From Pseudomonadales bacterium (GTDB lineage: Bacteria > Pseudomonadota > Gammaproteobacteria > Pseudomonadales > Balneatricaceae), in assembly GCA_049613705.1 (NCBI GenBank), contig JBMZCU010000001.1:1-36954 (forward strand): 36,954 nt of DNA. The letters are read 5' to 3'. The position numbers and the translations under genes are program-made. Below, one piece after another: positions 28,288 through 36,954 of this stretch (position 1 is the stretch's first letter; each line of letters starts with the position of its first letter). The notes below the pieces were generated by a model. The model saw nothing but the letters and a program-made list of their open reading frames with translations, ran no database searches and had not been told where the DNA came from.

Positions 28288-29412
28288 GTGTTAGATAGTC
28301 GAGCCGGTTTGCAAACAGCTAAGCGTTGGGTGGTAAAGATTGGAAGTGCGCTGCTGACCAATGATGGCAAAGGGTTAGACCACGCGCGCATTGCGCGCTG
28401 GGTTGATCAATTGGCGGCTCTGCGAGTGCAGGGTGTGGAGGTTGTTCTTGTCTCCTCTGGTTCCATTGCCGAGGGTATGACGCGTCTGGGTTGGGAAAGT
28501 CGTCCCGCTGAGGTCTACCGCCAGCAAGCGGCGGCGGCGATAGGTCAAATGGGGCTTGTGCAGGTGTACGAGGTGAATTTTAAGCGCCACGGTATGCATA
28601 CTGCGCAGATCCTTTTAACGCATGATGACCTTTCAGACCGCAAGCGTTATCTCAATGCGCGAGGTACCTTGAATACGCTCTTAGAGCTTGGGGCGGTGCC
28701 TGTTATCAATGAGAATGATACGGTTATCACGGATGAGATTAAGTTTGGTGACAATGATACCTTGGCGGCGTTGGTGGCTAATCTGATTGAGGCAGAGGCT
28801 GTGGTGCTGCTGACGGATCAGTTGGGGCTGTTCTCCGCAGATCCGCGCACCAATCCTGATGCGAGTTTGATCTCGCAGGCGATGGCGGATGATCCGATGA
28901 TCTCTGAGGTGGCTGGTGATGGAGGTGCTTTGGGTCGTGGGGGGATGGCGACTAAAGTGCGTGCAGCTAGGTTGGCGGCGCGCTCTGGAGCGGTGACGGT
29001 TATAGCCAGTGGGCGAGTCGAGGATGTGTTGCCAAAAATCCGCGCAGGTGAAGGGGTGGGTACACTGATTTGCCCTGCTAGTTCGCCGATGGCGGCTAGG
29101 AAGCAGTGGTTGGCCGGTCATTTGCAGGTGCGTGGGAAGTTGGTGCTTGATCCCGGCGCAGTTCGAGCGCTAGTGCAAGGTGGAAAGAGTATCTTGCCGG
29201 CAGGGGTTAAAGCGACATCGGGTCTTTTCTCGCGTGGAGAGATGGTATCGCTGGTGGATGAAAATTACGTCGAATTGGCGCGTGGGTTGGTAAATTACAA
29301 TTCTAGTGATGTTGCTAGGGTCTTGGGATTGTCCAGTGCTCAAATTGAGTCGGCAATTGGTTTTGTCAACGAAGATGAGTTGGTGCACCGAGACAACTTA
29401 GTGCTGGTGTAG
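28288..29412 (+). CDS. proB: Glutamate 5-kinase
   Basis: [40 protein letters not shown]-terminal PUA domain; GTG 28288 behind GAGG (alternative 28276). Confidence 0.97.
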   Translation: MLDSRAGLQTAKRWVVKIGSALLTNDGKGLDHARIARWVDQLAALRVQGVEVVLVSSGSIAEGMTRLGWESRPAEVYRQQAAAAIGQMGLVQVYEVNFKRHGMHTAQILLTHDDLSDRKRYLNARGTLNTLLELGAVPVINENDTVITDEIKFGDNDTLAALVANLIEAEAVVLLTDQLGLFSADPRTNPDASLISQAMADDPMISEVAGDGGALGRGGMATKVRAARLAARSGAVTVIASGRVEDVLPKIRAGEGVGTLICPASSPMAARKQWLAGHLQVRGKLVLDPGAVRALVQGGKSILPAGVKATSGLFSRGEMVSLVDENYVELARGLVNYNSSDVARVLGLSSAQIESAIGFVNEDELVHRDNLVLV

Positions 29413-29423
29413 AGTGTAACGGG

Positions 29424-29458
29424 CATAAAAAAACCGGTTTAAAACCGGTTTTTTTATG
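29424..29458. terminator. Bidirectional terminator between proB and rpsT
   Basis: CATAAAAAAACCGGTTT-A-AAACCGGTTTTTTTATG inverted repeat with A/T tracts on both sides. Confidence 0.9.
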
Positions 29459-29468
29459 GGTGCTAGGA

Positions 29469-29732
29469 TTAAGCGAGTGCTTTGATCTTAGCGTTTAGTC
29501 TGCTCTTAATGCGGGCAATCTTGTTTTTAGGGAAGATGCCTTTGTTAACAGATGAATCCATCAGTGGCTGAGCAACTTTTAGTGCTTCAGCAGATGCTGC
29601 TTTGTCGCCGCTTTCAATAGCTGCTACAACTTTCTTCATGTACGTGCGAACCATGGAGCGGAGGCTAGCGTTGTGTTGACGACGCTTTTCCGCCTGACGG
29701 GCACGTTTTTTAGATCCTGCGGAGTTCGCCAT
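29469..29732 (-). CDS. rpsT: 30S ribosomal protein S20
   Basis: [33 protein letters not shown]; canonical position divergent from murJ. Confidence 0.98.
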   Translation of the reverse strand: MANSAGSKKRARQAEKRRQHNASLRSMVRTYMKKVVAAIESGDKAASAEALKVAQPLMDSSVNKGIFPKNKIARIKSRLNAKIKALA

Positions 29733-29797
29733 GATCCTGCTCCTATATAGGTAGTAGTCGACTGACCGAAGTGGTTAGCCTTAATTTGAGACGCGAG

Positions 29798-29826
29798 ATT
29801 ATTCAGTTTTCTGGCGCGCTTGTCAA
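29798..29826 (-). promoter_or_regulatory. Sigma70 promoter for rpsT
   Basis: Minus strand TTGACA-N17-AATAAT. Confidence 0.65.
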
Positions 29827-29893
29827 TAAAAACGAGATATTTTATGGCACAGCGAGTAATATTCCGGTTTCTGAAATCGAGAGAGAGTAAAAA

Positions 29894-31489
29894 GTGAGCG
29901 ATAACCGGCCATTGCAGCACGAAGACGGCAGCGATCCAACTCGGGCTAAGTCATCCGGCCTGCTGCGTTCAAGCTTGATCGTGGGCATGATGACGATGCT
30001 CTCTAGAGTGCTTGGTTTAGTGCGCGATGTTGTCGTGGCAAATTATTTTGGAGCATCCGGCAGCGCAGATGCTTTTTTCGTTGCTTTTAAAATCCCCAAT
30101 TTTCTGCGTCGCTTGTTTGCAGAGGGGGCATTTGCGCAGGCGTTTGTGCCGGTGTTGAGTGAATATCGTACGCAGCGCGATCACGATGCTGTGCGTCGTT
30201 TAGTCAACCGTGTGGCAGGTACGTTAGGTGCAGTGCTGCTGTTGGTGACTGTGTTGGCTATCTTGGCGGTCAAGCCCTTGACGGCGCTCTTTGCACCTGG
30301 TTTTTATTTAGAGGCGCAAGAGAAGTTTGAGCTGGCATCCTCAATGCTTGCTATCACATTTCCCTATTTGATGTTGATTTCACTGACGGCGTTCGCCGGT
30401 GCGATTCTAAACAGTTATGAGCGTTTTGTTGTTCCCGCTTTTACTCCGGTGTTGCTCAATGTGTGCTTGATTGGTGCGGCTGTGGGCTTGAGTCCCTACT
30501 TTGCGCAGCCTATTGTTGCGCTCGCCTGGGGGGTGTTGCTTGCCGGGGCGGTACAGCTGCTGTTTCAGCTGCCCTTTCTGATGCGGATTAAGTTGTTGCC
30601 CGTGCCGATTGTCGACTGGAATGATGAAGGGGTGCGGCGCATTTTGAAACTAATGGTGCCGGCGCTATTTGGTGTGTCAGTGGCGCAAATCAACTTGCTA
30701 CTTGATACTGTACTCGCCTCTTTCTTGCAAACGGGCAGTGTCTCTTGGCTGTATTACTCAGACAGATTGGTGGAGTTGCCGCTTGGCGTGTTTGCGATTG
30801 CAATTTCCACGGTTATTCTGCCGAGCCTGTCGCGCAAAAGTGCTGCGGATTCGATGCAGAGTTTTGCACGCACCCTCGATTGGTCGCTGCGCATGATACT
30901 GCTAATTGGCTTTCCCAGTGCGATTGCGCTGTTTATGCTGGCTGAGCCCTTGCTGGTGACGCTTTTTGGCTATGGCAATATGACCGAACGAGATGTGTAT
31001 ATGGCAGGTGCTAGTCTGCGCGCCTACGCCAGCGGGTTGTTGGCCTTTATGCTGATCAAGGTGCTGGCGCCAGGCTACTTTTCGCGTCAGGATATGAAAA
31101 CGCCGGTGAAAATCGCGGTGCAGGCGATGCTGGCCAATATGGTGTTTAACCTGTTATTGATCGGTCCGCTGGATCACGTGGGGCTTGCTTTGGCAACGGC
31201 GATGTCGGCATTTTTGAATGCGGGGCTGCTGTTGCGCGGTTTGTTGCAGGCCGGGGTGCTGACCTGGCAACCGGGTTGGGCGGCTTTTGCGCTACGCTTG
31301 AGCGCGGCCTGTGTGGCGCTGGTGGCGATTGTCGTTTACCTGGCTGTCCCATTGCAGCAGTGGTTTGAGTGGGGTGTGATGCAGCGCGTATGGCAAATTG
31401 CGCTTTTGGTCGTGTGTGGTGTGGGCGGATTTGGCGCGACGCTGTTGCTGTCAGGGCTGCGTAAAAGGCATCTCAAAGCGCCGTTGTAA
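29894..31489 (+). CDS. murJ: Lipid II flippase MurJ (MviN)
   Basis: SRVLGLVRD, AFKIPNFLRRLFAEGAF.QAFVP, LYYSDRLVELPLG; start uncertain. Confidence 0.97.
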   Translation: MSDNRPLQHEDGSDPTRAKSSGLLRSSLIVGMMTMLSRVLGLVRDVVVANYFGASGSADAFFVAFKIPNFLRRLFAEGAFAQAFVPVLSEYRTQRDHDAVRRLVNRVAGTLGAVLLLVTVLAILAVKPLTALFAPGFYLEAQEKFELASSMLAITFPYLMLISLTAFAGAILNSYERFVVPAFTPVLLNVCLIGAAVGLSPYFAQPIVALAWGVLLAGAVQLLFQLPFLMRIKLLPVPIVDWNDEGVRRILKLMVPALFGVSVAQINLLLDTVLASFLQTGSVSWLYYSDRLVELPLGVFAIAISTVILPSLSRKSAADSMQSFARTLDWSLRMILLIGFPSAIALFMLAEPLLVTLFGYGNMTERDVYMAGASLRAYASGLLAFMLIKVLAPGYFSRQDMKTPVKIAVQAMLANMVFNLLLIGPLDHVGLALATAMSAFLNAGLLLRGLLQAGVLTWQPGWAAFALRLSAACVALVAIVVYLAVPLQQWFEWGVMQRVWQIALLVVCGVGGFGATLLLSGLRKRHLKAPL

Positions 31490-31609
31490 GGCTGCTTTGC
31501 GCGGTTGTCACACGCAGATTTAAATTGTGTTTATTCTAGCTGCGCTTGTACCAGTTGCAGGGTAGATAAGCTATAATCTTGCCCTTTTGTTGCCAGTGTT
31601 TACACCCTG

Positions 31610-32545
31610 ATGGAATTAATTCGCGGAATACACAATTTGCGCTCCGAGCACCATGGCTGTGTTGCGACTATCGGTAAGTTTGACGGTGTTCATTTAGGGC
31701 ACGTTGCAATACTTAAACAGTTAGGTGAGCGCGCTGCAGCGATGAGGTTGCCAGCGTTGGTGATTTTGTTTGAGCCACACCCTGGAGAGTATTTTCAGCA
31801 GGAGCGGGCGCCGGCGCGCATAAATTCCCTCGTAGACAAATTAAGGCTGATTGAAGCACAAGGGGTTAGCAGAGTGCTCTGCCTCCACTTCAATCGCGCG
31901 ATGCGTGAAATGTCGGCACAGCAGTTTATTGAACAAGTGCTGGTTGCTAGCCTGGGAATTAAACATTTGGTTGTCGGAGATGATTTTCGCTTTGGCTGCG
32001 CCCGTGAAGGTGACTATGCCACTTTGCGACAGGCAGGTGATGCACTTGGTTTTAGCGTAGAAGATACGCATACACTAGAAGTGCGTGGTACGCGTGTTAG
32101 CAGTACATATTTGCGTGACGCCCTGGCTGATAATGATTTTGCACTCGTGCAGCAGCTGTGCGAACGGCCTTACGCAATAAGTGGGCGCGTAGTGCGTGGC
32201 CAAGCCTTGGCAAGAACTTTGGGAACGCCGACAGCAAATATAAAGATACACCCATACAACACAGCCTTAAAAGGGGTTTATGCCGTCGAACTTACGACGG
32301 CAGATGGCACTACTCACCAGGGAGTTGCCAATATTGGTAAGCGCCCAACAGTGGGCGGTAGCCGCTCTGTACTAGAAGTGCACGTGTTTAATTTTGATAG
32401 AGATATTTATTGCCAGCGTGTCGAGGTGGTGTTTAGGCACTTCATACGCGGTGAGCAAAAATTTGCTGGCTTGGACCAGCTCAAACAAGCAATTGAAAAT
32501 GATATTGCAGCAGCAGAGCGCTTCTTTGCCGCTGCAAAACAGTAA
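31610..32545 (+). CDS. ribF: Bifunctional riboflavin kinase / FAD synthetase
   Basis: TIGKFDGVHLGH, VGDDFRFG, VSST, PTAN, G.RPTV, LEVH. Confidence 0.97.
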   Translation: MELIRGIHNLRSEHHGCVATIGKFDGVHLGHVAILKQLGERAAAMRLPALVILFEPHPGEYFQQERAPARINSLVDKLRLIEAQGVSRVLCLHFNRAMREMSAQQFIEQVLVASLGIKHLVVGDDFRFGCAREGDYATLRQAGDALGFSVEDTHTLEVRGTRVSSTYLRDALADNDFALVQQLCERPYAISGRVVRGQALARTLGTPTANIKIHPYNTALKGVYAVELTTADGTTHQGVANIGKRPTVGGSRSVLEVHVFNFDRDIYCQRVEVVFRHFIRGEQKFAGLDQLKQAIENDIAAAERFFAAAKQ

Positions 32546-32563
32546 CCAGTGTGGAAACTTAAG

Positions 32564-35356
32564 ATGACCGATTACAAGCAGACATTGAATTTGCCTGATA
32601 CCGCGTTCCCAATGCGCGGCAATTTGGCCAAGCGCGAACCCGATATGCTTAAAGCTTGGCAGGAAATTGATCTCTACAAGAAAATTCGCGAAGTCAGCGC
32701 CGGTCGTCCCAAGTTTGTACTGCACGATGGCCCTCCGTATGCCAATGGCGATATTCACATCGGCCACGCAGTAAACAAAATCCTCAAAGACATGATTATC
32801 AAGTCAAAAACATTGAGTGGTTACGACGCCCCTTACGTGCCTGGATGGGATTGTCACGGCCTGCCGATTGAGCACAAAGTAGAGACGATGATTGGTCGTG
32901 CAGGCACTAAGGTCCCCTACACAGAGTTTCGCGCTAAGTGCCGCGAATACGCTGCTAAGCAAGTCGAAGGGCAAAAAGCTGACTTCATCCGCCTAGGTAT
33001 TCAAGGCGACTGGTCAAATCCGTATTTGACGATGAATTTCCGCACAGAGGCTGACATCGTCCGCGCGCTGAGCAAAATTGTGGACAATGGTCACCTAGTG
33101 AAAGGCTACAAGCCAATTTACTGGTCTGTTGTTGGACAGTCGGCACTGGCTGAAGCTGAAGTTGAATACCAGGAAAAAACCTCTACGGCGTTGGATGTGC
33201 GTTTTACGTTTGTCGATCAGGCTGCGGCCACGGCGCTTTTTGGTGATGCAGGAAAGGGCGAGCTCTCTTGCGTTATCTGGACGACCACTCCTTGGACGAT
33301 CCCCTCAAACCAGGCTGTTTCTCTGCATGCTGAGCTGGAGTATAGCTTAGTGCAATTTGGCGAAGAGCGCTTGATTCTTGCGAGTGAAATGCTCAGTGCC
33401 ATCGCAGCGCGCTGGGGGGTTGAGCCCTTCGAGGAATTGGCGACTTGCCGCGGTGCTCAGCTTGAGGGCATGTTGTTACAGCACCCTGTATTTGACAAGC
33501 AAGTACCGGTAATCCTAGGTGATCACGTTACAACAGATGCGGGTACCGGTGCCGTCCATACAGCGCCAGATCACGGTATGGAAGACTTTGAGGTTGGCAA
33601 TAAATACGGCTTGTCTACCCTGAATCTAGTGCAGGGTAATGGTGTGTTTGTCGATGCGGCAGGTGAGTTTGCAGGCGTGCATGTATACAAAGCTGATGAG
33701 CCTGTTTGCGAAGCTTTAAATCGTGAGGGGAAATTGATCTTTACTGAAAAGTTCAAGCACAGCTTCCCACATTGCTGGCGCACTAAAACGCCGCTGATTT
33801 ATCGTGCGACACCGCAGTGGTTTATCTCTATGACAGAGAAAGGGCTATTGGACAGTGCTAAAGAAGCTGTTAAAGGCGTGCGCTGGGTCCCCGCATGGGG
33901 ACAGAACCGTATGGAAAGCATGTTGGAGTCTAGCCCTGATTGGTGTGTGTCGCGCCAGCGTACTTGGGGAGTACCCATCACACTCTTTACCCACAAGCAG
34001 AGCGGTGAGTTGCACCCGCGTACAGTTGAGCTGATGGAGCAGGTTGCTCTGCGTATTGAGGAAACCGGCATCGATGCTTGGTATGACCTCGATGCAACTG
34101 ACTTGTTGGGCGATGAAGCAGCTGATTACGATAAAGTGACCGATACACTCGATGTGTGGTTTGACTCCGGTGTTACCCACCACTCCGTGCTACGCTCTCG
34201 TCAGGAGCTGACCTTCCCCGCGGATATTTATCTAGAAGGTTCTGATCAGCACCGCGGCTGGTTCCAATCCTCGCTAAAAACATCTATTGCGATCAACGGC
34301 GTTGCACCGTACAAGCAAGTGCTTACTCACGGCTTTACCGTCGATGAGAAAGGCTACAAGATGTCTAAGTCACTCGGCAACACTATAGTGCCGCAAGAAG
34401 TGAATGACTCGCTAGGGGCGGATATTTTGCGCCTTTGGGTCGCCTCTACAGACTACGCCAATGAAATGTCTGTCTCGAAGCAAATCTTGCAGCGCACGGC
34501 AGACTCCTATCGCCGCATTCGCAACACTGCGCGCTTCTTGATGGCAAATTTAAACGGTTTTACAACGGATAAAGCACTGCCCTTCTCTGAGTTAGTTGCA
34601 TTGGATCAGTGGGCTATTGACCGTACGGCGAAGCTGCAGGTAGAGCTTCAAGAGCATTACGATAACTACGAGTTCCTCCAGGTTTGCCAGAAAGTATCGC
34701 ACTTCTGTTCACTGGATATGGGTGGCTTCTATCTGGATATCATCAAGGACCGTCAGTACACCGCAGGAGCGTCTTCACACGCGCGTTTGTCGGCACAGAC
34801 AGCGCTCTACCATATTGTTGAGGCGATGGTGCGTTGGATTGCGCCTATCTTGAGCTTTACCGCAGATGAGATTTGGCAGCACCTTCCAGGTGATCGCGCC
34901 GAGTCCGTTCAACTGGATACTTGGTATCAAGGTTTGCAGCAGTTAGAGCACAGCGGCACCTATGGCACTGAGTTCTGGCAGCGTATTATGGCGGTCAAAA
35001 CTGCAGTGAACAAAGAGTTGGAAGCTAAGCGTAACGAAGGGCTGATTGGCAGTAGCTTAGATGCTGATATCACGCTTTACGCTGACGCAGCGCTAAAGGC
35101 GCAGCTAGATAGCTTGGAAGATGAACTGCGCTTTGTGTTGATTGCCTCTAAGGTAAGTGTTTGCGATATCTCGAACGAAGGTGCTGAGACTGAGGTCGAT
35201 GGGCTCAAGGTTGCTGTTGCTAAAATTGAAGCGTCTAAGTGTGATCGCTGCTGGCACCACCGTGAAGATGTGGGCAGCTATGAGGCACACCCTCAGTTGT
35301 GTGGCCGCTGTGTCGAAAATGTCGACGGCGAAGGTGAGACACGTAAGTACGCCTAA
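32564..35356 (+). CDS. ileS: Isoleucine--tRNA ligase (type 1)
   Basis: [25 protein letters not shown]-terminal CDRCWH...CGRC zinc finger; start at ATG 32564. Confidence 0.99.
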   Translation: MTDYKQTLNLPDTAFPMRGNLAKREPDMLKAWQEIDLYKKIREVSAGRPKFVLHDGPPYANGDIHIGHAVNKILKDMIIKSKTLSGYDAPYVPGWDCHGLPIEHKVETMIGRAGTKVPYTEFRAKCREYAAKQVEGQKADFIRLGIQGDWSNPYLTMNFRTEADIVRALSKIVDNGHLVKGYKPIYWSVVGQSALAEAEVEYQEKTSTALDVRFTFVDQAAATALFGDAGKGELSCVIWTTTPWTIPSNQAVSLHAELEYSLVQFGEERLILASEMLSAIAARWGVEPFEELATCRGAQLEGMLLQHPVFDKQVPVILGDHVTTDAGTGAVHTAPDHGMEDFEVGNKYGLSTLNLVQGNGVFVDAAGEFAGVHVYKADEPVCEALNREGKLIFTEKFKHSFPHCWRTKTPLIYRATPQWFISMTEKGLLDSAKEAVKGVRWVPAWGQNRMESMLESSPDWCVSRQRTWGVPITLFTHKQSGELHPRTVELMEQVALRIEETGIDAWYDLDATDLLGDEAADYDKVTDTLDVWFDSGVTHHSVLRSRQELTFPADIYLEGSDQHRGWFQSSLKTSIAINGVAPYKQVLTHGFTVDEKGYKMSKSLGNTIVPQEVNDSLGADILRLWVASTDYANEMSVSKQILQRTADSYRRIRNTARFLMANLNGFTTDKALPFSELVALDQWAIDRTAKLQVELQEHYDNYEFLQVCQKVSHFCSLDMGGFYLDIIKDRQYTAGASSHARLSAQTALYHIVEAMVRWIAPILSFTADEIWQHLPGDRAESVQLDTWYQGLQQLEHSGTYGTEFWQRIMAVKTAVNKELEAKRNEGLIGSSLDADITLYADAALKAQLDSLEDELRFVLIASKVSVCDISNEGAETEVDGLKVAVAKIEASKCDRCWHHREDVGSYEAHPQLCGRCVENVDGEGETRKYA

Positions 35357-35380
35357 GCGCTAAACATTGAGAAACTCACC

Positions 35381-35412
35381 AAGAGCACAATTGAAAAATT
35401 GTGCTCTTTTTT
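35381..35412 (+). terminator. Intrinsic terminator-like hairpin between ileS and lspA
   Basis: AAGAGCACAATT-GAAA-AATTGTGCTCTT-TTTT: 12-bp perfect stem, GNRA loop, U-tract. Confidence 0.8.
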
Positions 35413-35449
35413 GTATCTGCGCAATGAAAATGCGTGATTGAGAGAAGCT

Positions 35450-35980
35450 ATGACAACAGCAGATCGAGATGAAAAATACACCCCCCTGCAATGGCTCTGG
35501 CTAAGTTTGGTGCTGATGGGCTTGGATCGGGCATCTAAAGTGATGGCCGAAAAATTATTAGACTTTGCCCAACCTGTGCCTGTTATTCCAGGGTTCTTTG
35601 ACTTCACTTTGCTTTATAACACCGGGGCGGCCTTCAGTTTTCTTGCCGGTGCGGGCGGCTGGCAGCGATGGCTGTTTAGTGCTGTTGCTGTAATAATGAG
35701 TGCAGTACTTATCTACTGGTTGAAAAAAGCTCCACGTGGCGCGTACTTTTTAGTTTTAGGGCTGGCGTCTATTTTAGGCGGCGCGCTCGGCAATCTCTAT
35801 GATCGCGTATTTTTGGGTAAAGTAGTGGATTATTTATCATTCCACTTTGGCAGTTACAGTTTTCCCGCGTTCAACTTGGCGGATGTTGCGATCAGTGTCG
35901 GTGCTTTTTTACTGATCGTTGATATGTTGTTTTTCGAAAAGAAGCGTTTAGAAAGAGAAGGGGAGCAGAGTGACAAATAA
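35450..35980 (+). CDS. lspA: Lipoprotein signal peptidase II
   Basis: YNTGAAFSFL, GGALGNLYDR, VVDY, PAFNLADVAI. Confidence 0.97.
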   Translation: MTTADRDEKYTPLQWLWLSLVLMGLDRASKVMAEKLLDFAQPVPVIPGFFDFTLLYNTGAAFSFLAGAGGWQRWLFSAVAVIMSAVLIYWLKKAPRGAYFLVLGLASILGGALGNLYDRVFLGKVVDYLSFHFGSYSFPAFNLADVAISVGAFLLIVDMLFFEKKRLEREGEQSDK

Positions 35981-36404
35981 AGTGATTGCACCGCAGAGTA
36001 AGGTTGAAATGCACTTTGAGATTCGACTGCAAGATGGTGCTGTCGTCGATTCAAACTTTGCCAGGAAACCGGTCAGTTTTACCTTGGGTGATGGCAATAT
36101 GTTAGCTGGCTTTGAAGCTGTCTTGTTGGGTTTAAAGGCCGGTGATAAGCAGACCTTTGCACTGGCGCCTGAGCAAGGCTTTGGTGCGCACAACCCGAGT
36201 AATATTCAAACCATGGCTCGCAGTGCCTTCAAAGAGATGGAATTAGAGCGTGGTCTGGTGGTCTCATTCCAGGAACCTGGCGGGGAGCTGCCGGGGGTTA
36301 TCGCCGACTTTGATGAGCAGAGCGTCGCGGTCGACTTTAACCATCCACTTGCAGGGCAGACGCTAGTGTTCCAAGTAGAAATACTGGCAGTTGAGGAATC
36401 TTGA
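35970..36404 (+). CDS. fkpB: FKBP-type peptidyl-prolyl isomerase (FkpB/SlpA)
   Basis: DGAVVDS, LGDGNML.GFE, VDFNHPLAG; canonical position after lspA. Confidence 0.93.
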   Translation: MTNKVIAPQSKVEMHFEIRLQDGAVVDSNFARKPVSFTLGDGNMLAGFEAVLLGLKAGDKQTFALAPEQGFGAHNPSNIQTMARSAFKEMELERGLVVSFQEPGGELPGVIADFDEQSVAVDFNHPLAGQTLVFQVEILAVEES

Positions 36405-36505
36405 GCTAAGCTTGTATTTATTTCAGATTAATCTATAACTGCCGCTAAAAAATAGATAAGCTATATCGCAGGTTGTGAGTAGTACCTATAAAGGAAGTAA
36501 AGACA

Positions 36506-36904
36506 GTGAAAGGTTTAACACAGCAGCAGGGCATGACCCTCATTGAGCTAATGGTAGTCGTCGCTATCATCGGCATTATCTCAGCAATCGCTTACCCCTC
36601 TTATACTCGCTATGTTCAGGATACGCGCCGCACCTTAGTGCAAGGCGAAATGCTGGAGTACGCTCAATCGATGGAGCGCTTCTTTACTGCTAATACAACG
36701 TATACTGGTGCAGCCTTACCTTTCAATCGCTCTCCTAGATCAGGCAGTGACATCTACTATAATCTTGGCTTAGCTGCTTCAGGGGCTACATATACCATTA
36801 CAGCGACACCTAGCGGTGGACAGGGCAATGACGAATGCGGCGTCATGACGATTAACCATATCGGCAGTAAAGGTGCCGCCAATAATGATTGCTGGCGTAA
36901 CTAA
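36506..36904 (+). CDS. pilE: Type IV minor pilin, PilE/ComP-like
   Basis: Class III signal QQG|MTLIELMVVVAIIGIISAIAYPSY, MERFF..N.TY, YTITATP, C-terminal Cys pair. Confidence 0.85.
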   Translation: MKGLTQQQGMTLIELMVVVAIIGIISAIAYPSYTRYVQDTRRTLVQGEMLEYAQSMERFFTANTTYTGAALPFNRSPRSGSDIYYNLGLAASGATYTITATPSGGQGNDECGVMTINHIGSKGAANNDCWRN

Positions 36905-36911
36905 ATGCTTT

Positions 36912-36954
36912 ATGCGTGACAGTAAAGCAAAGAGACAAGCAGGCTTCTCACTGA
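36912..36954 (+). CDS. Prepilin-like protein (FimT/PilV class), 3' truncated by window
   Basis: MRDSKAKRQAG|FSL..., a basic leader followed by a GFSL cleavage motif directly after pilE. Confidence 0.65.
   Translation, partial: MRDSKAKRQAGFSL

Noticed and set aside
29730-29732. rpsT starts with ATG rather than the UUG of E. coli
   Set aside because: Start codon variation in rpsT between lineages is ordinary and gives no testable signal here.

Overview
Chromosomal core-genome window (about 50% GC by eye) from a marine-type gammaproteobacterium; gene order and protein style suggest Oceanospirillales (inference). It holds the end of the alpha operon (rpsM partial, rpsK, rpsD, rpoA, rplQ), an orphan periplasmic binding protein, uvrA, ssb, a ProU-type ABC transporter, a degenerate RmlD-like gene, SirB2, moeA, an acyltransferase, moaC, moaD, plsC, an MntA/HepT toxin-antitoxin pair, fabB, fabA, ispB, rplU, rpmA, obgE, proB, rpsT, murJ, ribF, ileS, lspA, fkpB and the start of a type IV minor-pilin cluster. 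The standout is a five-gene cassette (6759-12784) between divergent uvrA and ssb, each of which keeps a LexA-type box. It encodes a carrier-less NRPS-type adenylation enzyme translationally coupled to a NOX/ferric-reductase-like membrane flavoprotein (together resembling a split fungal TmpL/NPS12 architecture), a crotonase, and an OmpR-type two-component pair. Other oddities are ispH missing after fkpB, moaE missing after moaD, an RmlD-like protein lacking its catalytic Tyr, terminator-like hairpins inside ileS-lspA and fabA-fabB, and structured non-coding regions before rplU and obgE. No rRNA, tRNA, CRISPR array, integrase or transposase was seen. All calls come from motif reading; no database searches were run.
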